Positions 1 to 8,980 of a stretch of DNA of 32,000 nucleotides are shown in pieces. Made by a program: the position numbers and the translations under genes. The notes beneath the pieces were generated by a model that saw only the letters and a program-made list of their open reading frames with translations, had not been told where the DNA came from and did no database searches. The DNA is from an archaeon (GTDB lineage: Archaea > Asgardarchaeota > Thorarchaeia > Thorarchaeales > Thorarchaeaceae): contig JAJRZD010000081.1 of NCBI GenBank assembly GCA_024275415.1, forward strand, positions 16,215 to 48,214. Direction: 5' to 3'. Position 1 is the stretch's first letter. Each line of letters opens with the position of its first letter.

Positions 1-1461
1 AATCTCTTGTTCGACGATCATCAATTCATACGAGTATTCGATGATTGAATCCTTTGACCAGAACCCTGAGAATGGAGGTATCCCAGCAAGCGCAAGAATG
101 CCAATCCACATGACAGCAAACGTCTTTTTCATGTGCTTTTTCAGACCACCCATTTTCGACACGTACTTCGTGTGGATAGCATGGATGACCCCACCAGAAG
201 CAAGAAAGAGAAGTGCCTTGAACGCACCATGTGAAATGATATGCAAGATACTTGATAGATATGCCTTGTCATATGCGATATGAAGCTCGGTCAGATTCAA
301 GACTTCATGAGCATAAATCCCGTAAAACGCAAGCAGCCCTGCGGCGCCAAGTCCCAACATCATGTAACCTAGTTGACTCAGGGTCGAGAACGCCAGGATC
401 TGCTTTAGCTCGTTCGAGGCGATACCCATAGTTGCAGTCAGCAAAGCTGTGACCGCACCAATAACAGCTACAACGATGAAGAAGAATGTGATCACATCTG
501 CCCCGGAAAGCTGTAGAAGGGATAGTCCGTGCTCTCCACCACCGCCATCTCCTGCTGAAACAGCTTGAGCACTGACTATGGTCAGAAGGAATCGTGCAGT
601 GATGTAGATACCAGCCTTGACCATCGTTGCTGCGTGGATGAGGGCTGAAACTGAGGTTGGACCAGCCATTGCTTCTGGTAGCCATACTTGCAAGGGGGCT
701 TGTCCGGACTTGCCAATCGCTCCCATGAAGATGAGGAGGAATGTAGGAACAAGCATTCCAATCCCAGCCATGACACCCCACCAGTTTTGAAAGTTCTCGG
801 ACATAAGGCTGAAAGAGAAAGTACCTGTGAATGTGAAGAGCAAGAGGATTCCGCCAAGCATGAAAGCATCACCAATCCTTGTGACGATGAATGCTTTCGT
901 ACCAGAATGCGTGTTGTATTGCCCCTCTGTTTCGAACTGGAGAAGAGGGTTCTTGTATTCTATTGGGTCAGGCTCGACCTCCGGTGGATTACGCTTGTCA
1001 TTCCAGAAACCGATGAGTCCATAGGAGCAGAAGCCCATTATCTCCCAGCCGATGAATGCAATGAGAAGGTTATTGCTCAGCACAAGTGTAAGCATTCCTC
1101 CACCAAATGCAAGCATGAGGAAGAAGAATCTGTCGCGGTCCTCTTCATGCGCCATGTATTCGGTGGAGTAGACATAGATGAGAAAACTCAGTGTGCTGGC
1201 AAGTACTGCCATAATAATGGAAAGAGGGTCAAGGAGCATCTCAAAGTTGATGCCAAGATATTCAATCCAGACCCACGAAGTAGTGCCAGTAGGATTGTCT
1301 GCTTCAGCAAGGAGTGACCAGGATAGTACCATAGTGATTCCCATGATAATCGCAGGAGTCCAGTCTCTGAGCTTCTCACTGAATTTTCCAACCACTGGAA
1401 CTAGTAAGGAACCGGCAAGAGGGAGCACCAAGATGAGATAGTAGGGTAAGCCAAATATCAT
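1..1461 (-). CDS. nuoL: Complex I-like antiporter subunit NuoL/MrpA (3'-truncated by window edge; absent from ORF track)
   Basis: Manual translation from ATG at 1461 (GAGGTGA 7 nt upstream): MIFGLPYYLILVLP...LDPLS...WEIMGFCSYGLIGFW...KAFIVTRIGD...GKSGQAPLQVWLPEAMAGPTSVSALIHAATMVKAG...LKQILAFSTLSQLGYM...HGAFKALLFLASG...LAGIPPFSGFWSKDSI. No stop seen before position 1. Confidence 0.95.
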   Translation of the reverse strand, partial: MIFGLPYYLILVLPLAGSLLVPVVGKFSEKLRDWTPAIIMGITMVLSWSLLAEADNPTGTTSWVWIEYLGINFEMLLDPLSIIMAVLASTLSFLIYVYSTEYMAHEEDRDRFFFLMLAFGGGMLTLVLSNNLLIAFIGWEIMGFCSYGLIGFWNDKRNPPEVEPDPIEYKNPLLQFETEGQYNTHSGTKAFIVTRIGDAFMLGGILLLFTFTGTFSFSLMSENFQNWWGVMAGIGMLVPTFLLIFMGAIGKSGQAPLQVWLPEAMAGPTSVSALIHAATMVKAGIYITARFLLTIVSAQAVSAGDGGGGEHGLSLLQLSGADVITFFFIVVAVIGAVTALLTATMGIASNELKQILAFSTLSQLGYMMLGLGAAGLLAFYGIYAHEVLNLTELHIAYDKAYLSSILHIISHGAFKALLFLASGGVIHAIHTKYVSKMGGLKKHMKKTFAVMWIGILALAGIPPFSGFWSKDSIIEYSYELMIVEQEI

Positions 1462-1473
1462 TTCATGATCACC

Positions 1474-3027
1474 TCATGGAGTTGGGGCTTGGAATGGTAT
1501 GATGTTCGCAATTTCACTGACAACCGGCACAATGACATCTAGTGCAACACCCGGGAATATCCCAAAGAATACGATAAGGAATCCCAGAATGATCATCGGG
1601 ACTGTCATGGAACGCGGCCCTTCGACAACATCCGCAAGTTCTTGAGGGTGCGGGCCTAAGAATACCTTCCATAGGAATCTGAGCATGTAGCCTGCACTCA
1701 ATATCGAACTTAGTACAGCCAGTATACTGAGACCCAGCATCAATGGCTGCACAATGGCTTCACTTCCTGGAGGTGCGGCAGCATGGAACCCTCCAACGAA
1801 CATCATCCACTCACTCGCAAATCCAGACAGCGGTGGACTACCTGCAATGCTCATCGCACCGATTGCAGCCATGAATGCCGTAATGGGCATCTTGTTAGAA
1901 AGGCCTCCCATCTCGTCGATGTTACGTAGTCCGGTCTGGTGCATCACTGCTCCAGCAGTCATGAATAGCAAGCCCTTTGAGAATGCGTGGTTTATTAGAT
2001 GGAAGAGACCTCCTGATACGCCATAGACCGAGAAGACACCCAGAGCAAAAAGGACATAGCCCATCTGGCTCACAGATGAATACGCAAGCAATCTCTTGAT
2101 GTCTTTCTGAACGAGTGCCATGAACCCACCGTAGAACATGGTAATTACACCAATCGCAGCAACATATACCGAAAGGTCAAATGCGGCAGAACCGAGGGTA
2201 ATGGTGCCGAACCGTACGAGCGCATATGCGCCAGTTTCAATCATAGCACCTGACAGGAGGACCGAAATGGGCGTAGGAGCCTCAGCATGAACGGGAGGGA
2301 GCCACCAGTGAATCGGGAACACAGCTAGCTTCACCAGAAATCCTGCAGCGAGTAAGATGAATATGATCTTCAATAGCTCCGATGCACCGACATATGACGC
2401 AATCATTCCTTGGATGACTGCCAGCTCGAATGTCGTGGCGCCACTGAGGAAATAGAGAAGACCGAAGCCGATAAGGATACAGACAGCTCCACTCTGAGTG
2501 TATAACCAGAACTTGAGAGCGGTTCGTTTCCGGGTTTCAGGAAGTCCCCAGAACAGAATCAGGAAGTAAGAGGGCACCAGCATGAGTTCCCATGCGATGA
2601 AGAACTCGATGAGGTTTGTCGCAAGGGTGACCCATTGCATACCCATAATGAAAAAGAGCTGGTTTGCAAAGAACGTCGGGCGACTGTGCTCGTGGGATGT
2701 ATAACCCACTGCATAAACAACTGAAAGGAATCCCAGAATGACTACTGCAAAAGTGATTGGGAACGCGATCCCATCGAGCCTGAGACCGAATGCCCCTAAG
2801 ATGTCGGACCATGCAAGGGTCTCTTGAGCAATGTTATACAAGCGCTCTTCGAACATGACACGGTAGAACGGAGGTAGCATCAGAACTACTGCGAGCCCCG
2901 ATACCAACGCAGCAATCTTTCCTGCGCTTTTTTCCAGCCTGCCTCTCATAAGGTAGATGGCAAGAGCTCCAATAAAGAGCACAGCGAGAGATGTGCCCAT
3001 GAATGGAAATTCAAACGCAGTCTGCAT
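1474..3027 (-). CDS. nuoM: Complex I-like antiporter subunit NuoM
   Basis: FFIAWELMLVPSYFLILFWG, KLAVFPIHWWLPPVHAEAPTPISVLLSG, DIKRLLAYSSVSQMG, HAFSKGLLF, AGSPPLSGFASE; multi-TM, 517 aa. Confidence 0.9.
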   Translation of the reverse strand: MQTAFEFPFMGTSLAVLFIGALAIYLMRGRLEKSAGKIAALVSGLAVVLMLPPFYRVMFEERLYNIAQETLAWSDILGAFGLRLDGIAFPITFAVVILGFLSVVYAVGYTSHEHSRPTFFANQLFFIMGMQWVTLATNLIEFFIAWELMLVPSYFLILFWGLPETRKRTALKFWLYTQSGAVCILIGFGLLYFLSGATTFELAVIQGMIASYVGASELLKIIFILLAAGFLVKLAVFPIHWWLPPVHAEAPTPISVLLSGAMIETGAYALVRFGTITLGSAAFDLSVYVAAIGVITMFYGGFMALVQKDIKRLLAYSSVSQMGYVLFALGVFSVYGVSGGLFHLINHAFSKGLLFMTAGAVMHQTGLRNIDEMGGLSNKMPITAFMAAIGAMSIAGSPPLSGFASEWMMFVGGFHAAAPPGSEAIVQPLMLGLSILAVLSSILSAGYMLRFLWKVFLGPHPQELADVVEGPRSMTVPMIILGFLIVFFGIFPGVALDVIVPVVSEIANIIPFQAPTP

Positions 3028-3459
3028 CTAACGAAACCTCCTTCCTCTCCACTCCAAAGGCTCTCTGTCGAGCGTTGTAATCTTTTCAGGGCCATAGATC
3101 AGGTCTTCTCGCTCTCCCTCTGCCATATCGACAATTGGAGTGTGGTAGAGGGCATCGAACCTGCAAGCGTCCACACAGAGCCCACAGAATATACAGCGGG
3201 TATAGTCAAAGTAGAGTGCAGCATCCTTCTCGTACATCTTATCTGCCTTGTCAATTCGGATGGCAAGAACTGGACAGGCACGCACACATTGAGCACAAGC
3301 TGTACAATTCTGACGGACATGTATGTGTCGCCCGCGAGTACGTTCAGGGTAGGGTCTATCCTCGAAGGGGTAGAGGCTAGTAAACGGTCTCTTGAAGATT
3401 TGTCGGAAGATATGCTTCAGTATGGTAAAGACTTCGCCAAGATTTCTAAGGAATCCCAT
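3028..3459 (-). CDS. nuoI: Complex I-like 2x[4Fe-4S] subunit NuoI
   Basis: FTSLYPFE...RGRH; CTACAQCVRACP and CIFCGLCVDACR ferredoxin motifs; located between nuoH and nuoM. Confidence 0.92.
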   Translation of the reverse strand: MGFLRNLGEVFTILKHIFRQIFKRPFTSLYPFEDRPYPERTRGRHIHVRQNCTACAQCVRACPVLAIRIDKADKMYEKDAALYFDYTRCIFCGLCVDACRFDALYHTPIVDMAEGEREDLIYGPEKITTLDREPLEWRGRRFR

Positions 3460-3465
3460 CTCATT

Positions 3466-4608
3466 CTAACCTCCCACAAGCAAAAGTGCCAGTCCAGGCA
3501 CATAGACAATGGCAAGCATTGCTATTATGACATTCAACATTGATAACGGCAGCAGGTACTTCCAGCAGTATCTCACAATTTGATCCTGCCTGAGCCTGTG
3601 AAACGATGAGCTCACTGTCACAAAGACAAAGAGCATGATCAAGAACTTGATGATGAAGTTCACTGCCCCAGGTAGCCATGGAACCCCATAGAAGCCTCCA
3701 AAGAAGAAGGTCACCATGAGGGCTGAATAGAGCATCTGCTCAGCAAACTCCGCAAAATAGGTAAGTGTGAAATAGACTCCTGAGAATTCCGTGCGCCACC
3801 CAAAGATGATCTCAGAATCTGCAACAGGAGCATCGAATGGGAACACACCTACAGAGATTATAGATGCAGTCAAGAACGTCGCGAAGTTGATTGGTAGCAG
3901 AAAGATGAACCAGACCGAACTTTGAGCTAGGGCAATACCCATGATGCTGAGAGACCCAGCCAGCATAGCAGGACCCACTGACGACATGATCATCGGAATT
4001 TCAGCGGCAAATTGATTGTTAGCAGCCCTGAATCCTCCAATAAGTGAGTATTTGGATCCACTTATCCATCCGGCAAGCAAAGCTATCACAGGTACTGCTG
4101 CAAGGAATGCGAATACGAGCACCAGACTGACAGATAGATCTGCAATGAACCAGACCGTGTCCCAAGGAATGAAAGCGAATGGAACCAACACCACCACTAA
4201 GAGCAGAGATGGCAAGAACCGGTATGCCCACCGATGCGCTTTGTCTGGAATGATGATCTCCTTGGATATCAACTTGATCGCATCAGCAAAAAGCTGGACT
4301 CCACCGTACTTGCCCATGTGCATCGGGCCCCGACGCATCTGGATACGTCCCCAGAGCTTTCGTGTGAACCAGACAAAAAAGATGAGCCCCATCACAACGA
4401 AGATGAGCCCTGGAAATATGACAGCTTTGAACAAGAAGAAGATATTGTCGATGACAAGCGTCCATAGAAGATTGATCACGACCCATAGCCAATCATATAT
4501 CCCATAGATGATTCCTCTAATCACCTCGATGATATTGAATACCCATTGTGGGAGTCCCCTTAGCCAATCTACGAACCATTCGAATTGCAAGACTGCGCCT
4601 CCTGTCAT
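3466..4608 (-). CDS. nuoH: Complex I-like membrane subunit NuoH with N-terminal extension
   Basis: RKLWGRIQMRRGP, GGVQLFADAIKLISKE, PFDAPVADSEIIFGWRTEFSG, FHRLRQDQIVRYCWKYLLPLS. Start chosen at the ATG overlapping the nuoD stop (TAATG); a TTG at 4590 after GGAGG is an alternative. Confidence 0.92.
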   Translation of the reverse strand: MTGGAVLQFEWFVDWLRGLPQWVFNIIEVIRGIIYGIYDWLWVVINLLWTLVIDNIFFLFKAVIFPGLIFVVMGLIFFVWFTRKLWGRIQMRRGPMHMGKYGGVQLFADAIKLISKEIIIPDKAHRWAYRFLPSLLLVVVLVPFAFIPWDTVWFIADLSVSLVLVFAFLAAVPVIALLAGWISGSKYSLIGGFRAANNQFAAEIPMIMSSVGPAMLAGSLSIMGIALAQSSVWFIFLLPINFATFLTASIISVGVFPFDAPVADSEIIFGWRTEFSGVYFTLTYFAEFAEQMLYSALMVTFFFGGFYGVPWLPGAVNFIIKFLIMLFVFVTVSSSFHRLRQDQIVRYCWKYLLPLSMLNVIIAMLAIVYVPGLALLLVGG

Positions 4609-5744
4609 TATCTGTCCCACCACCCCGGATACGGGTCTAGACTTCCGAATATCACAATGAAGTCAGCAAACCTCGCACTTGGAACCAAGTGCTTCAATGC
4701 ATAATATGAATGGAAACACGGCCCACGGATCTTGGCTCGATAAGGAGTCTGCGCCTTTTCCAATGTCTTTAACCAAAGCGAAGTGATGCCTCTTGCGCCC
4801 TCGACTCGGCCATATGCCTCTCCTTCTGGCAAGCGGTTAGCCTTGGCGCGTGCCTTGGGGTCAATAATCGGACCATCGGGAATCTGTGGAATAAGCTGTT
4901 TAATTATGTCCACTGAGGTCTTCACTTCGTTGAATCGCTGAACCATCCTGTCATAGGCATCACTCTCTCCTGGGTGGTCGGGGTGCTCTAGGATCGGAAC
5001 CTCCCAGTCCACCATATCATATGCCAGATTCGGATCCGGCTGATCCTTTCTCAAATCCATTGGGATGCCACATGCCTTGATGTTGGGTCCTGAAAGACCC
5101 CAGCGCAAAGCCTCTTTAGCCGAATATTGTCCTACGCCTTCAGTACGCATCCTGAAAAGTGGGCTTTTCATCAACATATCCTCGAATTTTGGCATGTTAT
5201 ATTCTAGCACTTGAATGGCTTTCTCCAGTTTTGCCAGAACTTTCTCAGTAAAGTCGAATCGTAATCCTCCAGGAGTGCTAAAATGCGGCGAGTGTCGCAC
5301 ACCTGTGAGTTCCTCGAAGGTATCCAGAAAGAACTCCCTGTCAACCCAGGGCCAGAGTGTCATCGCAAAGAATCCCATTTCAGCAGACAGCTGTCCCCAC
5401 CAGAATTGATAGGAATGTATCCTGCTGGCCTCCATCATGATCGTCCGGAGCACCTTTGCTCGTTCAGGTACTACTAACCCGGCGATCTGCTCTACAGCGC
5501 TGATATATGGGTACTCCGCAAGGAAAGCTTCGAGCATACATAATCGCTCAAGGATTGGTGAACCCTGTCGAAAGTTACGATACTCGAGGCATTTCTCTGC
5601 AGACCTGTGAAAATACCCGGCATGAGGATCACACTCCACTATGAAGTCGCCTACAAGTTTCAACTTGGTGGCCCAGCCATGGGCAGATACGTGCTGAGGT
5701 CCAAACCAGACCTCCACTGTTTCATCAAGGATGTCAGGTGTCAT
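4608..5744 (-). CDS. nuoD: Complex I-like subunit NuoD (hydrogenase-large-subunit fold without a NiFe site)
   Basis: FGPQHVSAHG, GYFHRSAEK, ELTGVRHSPHFSTPGG, EGARG, C-terminal GSLDPYPGWWDR. Only one of the four NiFe-ligand Cys positions is present (ERLCMLE). Confidence 0.9.
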   Translation of the reverse strand: MTPDILDETVEVWFGPQHVSAHGWATKLKLVGDFIVECDPHAGYFHRSAEKCLEYRNFRQGSPILERLCMLEAFLAEYPYISAVEQIAGLVVPERAKVLRTIMMEASRIHSYQFWWGQLSAEMGFFAMTLWPWVDREFFLDTFEELTGVRHSPHFSTPGGLRFDFTEKVLAKLEKAIQVLEYNMPKFEDMLMKSPLFRMRTEGVGQYSAKEALRWGLSGPNIKACGIPMDLRKDQPDPNLAYDMVDWEVPILEHPDHPGESDAYDRMVQRFNEVKTSVDIIKQLIPQIPDGPIIDPKARAKANRLPEGEAYGRVEGARGITSLWLKTLEKAQTPYRAKIRGPCFHSYYALKHLVPSARFADFIVIFGSLDPYPGWWDR

Positions 5745-6247
5745 TTCTTAGCACCTCCTTCAGGTCTGGGTTTCCTGACTGGAAGACCGGTTTCTGCTTG
5801 TCTGCTGCGGTCGGTCTGGAAGCTCTTACGCATCGGGTATTTGCCTACGAGCTCGTCCGGTAAAAGAAGCGGACGCAGGTCAGGATGACCCGTGAACATA
5901 ATTCCGAACATCTCGTGTGTTTCACGTTCGTGCCATTCTAAACCAGAAAAGATGTCACAGCATGCTGGGAGTGAAGGGTTCGAGCCCTCCAAGTTCACCT
6001 TGAGTTGGATGATCATCCGGTCTTTGTGCGACCAGAACATGTAGTTGACCTGGTACTTGTCATCACCCAGATCAACACCGAACGCGGATTCGGGAATAAC
6101 CTCTGGGAAAGTTTCATCGACCAAAGTGATGACATCGCGAATTATGTCCTTGCCCACTGTGAACTCGATGTGATGTTCGTTTATCGTCTTGACATCTATG
6201 TCAGGAAATTTGGTGGTGAATGTCCGCACAATCCCTGCTGCATCCAT
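5741..6247 (-). CDS. nuoC: Complex I-like subunit NuoC
   Basis: WHERETHEMFGIMFTGHPDLRPLLLP...YPMRKSF; its stop overlaps the nuoD start. Confidence 0.93.
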   Translation of the reverse strand: MDAAGIVRTFTTKFPDIDVKTINEHHIEFTVGKDIIRDVITLVDETFPEVIPESAFGVDLGDDKYQVNYMFWSHKDRMIIQLKVNLEGSNPSLPACCDIFSGLEWHERETHEMFGIMFTGHPDLRPLLLPDELVGKYPMRKSFQTDRSRQAETGLPVRKPRPEGGAKK

Positions 6248-6248
6248 C

Positions 6249-6560
6249 TCATTTCACCTCTGCTTGTACTGGACTGCCAAGATCCACATGTCCGTACCTG
6301 CGGTTGTACAATAGCATAAGAACCAAAGCAAGGGCTGTGTGTGCAGCTGCTATTGCGATCACTAGGATGACAAGTCCTTGAGGAGTGTAGGAGAAGACTC
6401 CGCCGTAGACTGCAAAAGCTACAAGGGCGATGTTCACACCATTCCCCATTATCTCAGCCCCGATAAGGATACGAATCAGGTTCCTTTTCACTATCATGCC
6501 ATAAGCACCTAGACCGATGAGCATGAATGCCACAACCAGATACCAACTCAGTGGAACCAT
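6249..6560 (-). CDS. nuoK: Complex I-like subunit NuoK
   Basis: GAYGMIVKRNLIRILIGAEIMGNGVN...AIAAAHTALAL; 3 TM, 103 aa. His stands where the second conserved Glu usually is (AAE). Confidence 0.9.
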   Translation of the reverse strand: MVPLSWYLVVAFMLIGLGAYGMIVKRNLIRILIGAEIMGNGVNIALVAFAVYGGVFSYTPQGLVILVIAIAAAHTALALVLMLLYNRRYGHVDLGSPVQAEVK

Positions 6561-7180
6561 CAGTTCGTTGCCTCCTCTGTCTTCTCATCATCGGGCATTG
6601 GGGCCGCCTCGACTCCGAACTCGGCTGTGATGTCCTTCAAGGTCTCTGCCTTTTCCATCTTCATCAGAGCGAGTGTCCCAACCAGTGTAGTAAGGATGAT
6701 CAAAGCAATAATTTGAACGTAGAGCCCGTGGGATTGCCAGAGCCATTCCGCCAGTCCTTGTAGACTCTGGGCATATTCCGGCATTCCTTGAGGGATGTCT
6801 GTTGACCATGGAAATACCAAAGCAAGCCCTCCAGACATTGCCATGACGAAAGCAGAAAGAAGCAGCCCTATTTTCCGTGCACGCGGCGAGGGAAGCACTT
6901 CCAGTGTCCGATCCTGTGCTCTGGGAAGAAGCAACACTCCAAATATGATCAATGCACTGATACCACCAGTGTATACCGCTATCTGCATCCCTGCTATGAA
7001 AGGCGCTTCAAGTAATAGGAAAAGTCCTGCAACGAAGCTTGCCATGACGCCAAAGAAGAAAGCAGCATATACTATGTCCTTGTGCTCAAGGGCCAGATAT
7101 CCAAATACCAAGATAATGCCAGCCAATAGGAGGAATTCGACTTGCTCGAATAGCTGCAGGAGTGGGTCTAGTTCTTGCAT
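6560..7180 (-). CDS. nuoJ: Complex I-like subunit NuoJ
   Basis: LEAPFIAGMQIAVYTGGISALIIFGVLL signature; five hydrophobic segments. Confidence 0.9.
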   Translation of the reverse strand: MQELDPLLQLFEQVEFLLLAGIILVFGYLALEHKDIVYAAFFFGVMASFVAGLFLLLEAPFIAGMQIAVYTGGISALIIFGVLLLPRAQDRTLEVLPSPRARKIGLLLSAFVMAMSGGLALVFPWSTDIPQGMPEYAQSLQGLAEWLWQSHGLYVQIIALIILTTLVGTLALMKMEKAETLKDITAEFGVEAAPMPDDEKTEEATN

Positions 7181-7191
7181 CTCATTTCACC

Positions 7192-7623
7192 TCAATGCAT
7201 GTGCTTAGTTTTCTGGGCTTTCTTGGCTTCATGATAGAGTTCCAGTGTTTCTTTCCCGTCCAGTGCTGCCTGCGGCAGAATCCTCATTGAAAAGCTGATG
7301 GCTCCCATGATGAGAGCAATGAAGATCAGTGCCTGCCAGAGAATAAGTGCCTCTAGCCTTAGGGTCGAGGCAGAGAGAAGCCAGAGAAAGGCGCCCATCA
7401 CGTCGATCACCACGAACAATATCGTATAGACGATGTAGTTGTAAGGGTAGGAAATACGGGCAGGGCCGATTGGATCCTCACCACATTCGTACGGGGATGT
7501 CTTTGAAGAGTTCTGAAGGACATGCGGTCGTAACACCCAAGAAGCCAGAAGCATCACAATGACAAGAACCACAGCCAGAAGGGCCCACACAACTACAGGA
7601 ATAAAATCCACAAATAGCCTCAT
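7192..7623 (-). CDS. nuoA: Complex I-like subunit NuoA
   Basis: KTSPYECGEDPIG...YTILFVVIDV. Start moved to ATG 7623, preceded by GAGGAGG. Confidence 0.92.
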   Translation of the reverse strand: MRLFVDFIPVVVWALLAVVLVIVMLLASWVLRPHVLQNSSKTSPYECGEDPIGPARISYPYNYIVYTILFVVIDVMGAFLWLLSASTLRLEALILWQALIFIALIMGAISFSMRILPQAALDGKETLELYHEAKKAQKTKHMH

Positions 7624-7707
7624 AATCCAGATTCCTCCTCGCTCAGATGAAGGGGTTGATAGCATCTGCGAATAACCTTGGCAATCCTAGACAGTTTGGA
7701 ATAGGTG

Positions 7708-7715
7708 CTTATATA
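7708..7715 (-). promoter_or_regulatory. Possible TATA box for the nuo operon
   Basis: TATATAAG on the minus strand about 85 nt upstream of the nuoA start; no clear BRE. Confidence 0.3.
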
Positions 7716-8116
7716 CGACTGGACAGGACTATGACACAAGGTCGAACGACACGCGATGCTGACCACACAGAATCGTTCCCAGTGCCGTTTCTGGGAGGAC
7801 AAAACTCTGGTGTCCGGATTTGCCCCGATTACAATTAACGGTAGGTAACTCATCGCTTGACCAGTGAAATCAATGATCGACGTTTGAAGCATTATTAGTC
7901 CTTCTCTTAATGTTTCCATGTGATCGATTGCGAGCGACAGGAATAGTAACCAAATGATAAACTTCTCGTTCATCTTTGGAACAAGCCCTGTAGCTTGAGA
8001 ATGGCGACATGCACTGCCCTATTAAAAACTCTTCGCAGGACGGGGTCTTTCTCGGAGAAGTTAAATATCCCAGTTATTCCTTACAGGCTTGGTTCAAAAC
8101 CGTTAGGAGAAAGATA

Positions 8117-8467
8117 ATGTTGAATCGAGACGAAGGAGGTTTCTTCTACTATGTTGCCCTACTGGCTGGAATGTTTCTCATCGGCACGTACCTATGGCAT
8201 ATCCTAGTCACACCTACTGGATATCAAGGATTCCATTTCATCATGTATGCCACTGGGTTCCTGTTACCTGTTTCAGCATTTGGATTTGCATTCGCAAAAG
8301 CAAGAACTTCGCGGGTGGGGTTAACTGTCATCACAGGGGTAATTGCAGGCATTCATTTCTTCTTAGAAATCACACTATTTGGGTCATTCGTGGGTGTGAT
8401 ACTGTTCGCGTGGATGTCGTTTGGCTTACTCCTCGCTTTTGCAGCTTTCAGTTGGTTGCTTGAGTGA
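8117..8467 (+). CDS. Small hypothetical membrane protein (~4 TM)
   Basis: ATG 8117 after AGGAG; 116 aa, almost entirely hydrophobic. The track's 8009 start adds a non-hydrophobic leader. Confidence 0.75.
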   Translation: MLNRDEGGFFYYVALLAGMFLIGTYLWHILVTPTGYQGFHFIMYATGFLLPVSAFGFAFAKARTSRVGLTVITGVIAGIHFFLEITLFGSFVGVILFAWMSFGLLLAFAAFSWLLE

Positions 8468-8488
8468 AACTGGGCGACATGCTCAGTT

Positions 8489-8980
8489 TTACTCTTTTTC
8501 AGTTTCTACCGTTGTAGCTTCTAATTCAAATTCGACATCAGGAGCAACAGGACCATAATGGAGCTTGCTCACATCCATTATCCCTTCGGTGTATGCTTCG
8601 TCATCACGCGTCATCTTCAACATTGCTGCACCACCAGATGCGACGATAGCAGAACCGATTCCCCACGAGGCATACCAGATCGTGTCAGCTACGTCCCATT
8701 GGAATGACACAAGAGTCAGGATAATGAACATGACTGACACAAAAGATGCGATAGATAGAAACAGGTTCTTCATCTTCCCTCGATCGGGTACGAAATAGCC
8801 AAGTAGCAACACCGACAACAGAATGGGGCCACCAAGTAGAAAGGCCAGATTGGAAGTTTCGAAGGCCGCTGACCCTGTGGTCATCTTGAAGATGAACTCA
8901 ACAAAATATGCGGTCATCATCACGACTCCAATCCAGAACATGCAATACCTATCTGCGTCCTCATTCAACCTGCGATTCAT
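8489..8980 (-). CDS. Hypothetical 4-TM membrane protein with acidic C-tail
   Basis: Four hydrophobic helices. Start overlaps the stop of the upstream fusion gene (ATGA at 8980-8977). Confidence 0.8.
   Translation of the reverse strand: MNRRLNEDADRYCMFWIGVVMMTAYFVEFIFKMTTGSAAFETSNLAFLLGGPILLSVLLLGYFVPDRGKMKNLFLSIASFVSVMFIILTLVSFQWDVADTIWYASWGIGSAIVASGGAAMLKMTRDDEAYTEGIMDVSKLHYGPVAPDVEFELEATTVETEKE

Noticed and set aside
41-1441. Plus-strand ORFs 41-283, 688-1317, 1178-1441
   Set aside because: Antisense shadows of nuoL, which is clearly recognisable on the minus strand.
1458-1466. Mini-ORF ATG-AAA-TGA overlapping the nuoL start
   Set aside because: Only 2 nt from the GAGGTGA site, whereas the nuoL ATG is at normal spacing; probably coincidental.
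4608-5744. Group 4 [NiFe]-hydrogenase large subunit
   Set aside because: Three of four metal-ligand cysteines are missing (RLCMLE; DPYPGW) and no maturation genes are in view.
7620-7973. 117-aa minus-strand ORF upstream of nuoA
   Set aside because: No motif, atypical composition, and it runs across the likely promoter and ribosome-binding site of nuoA.
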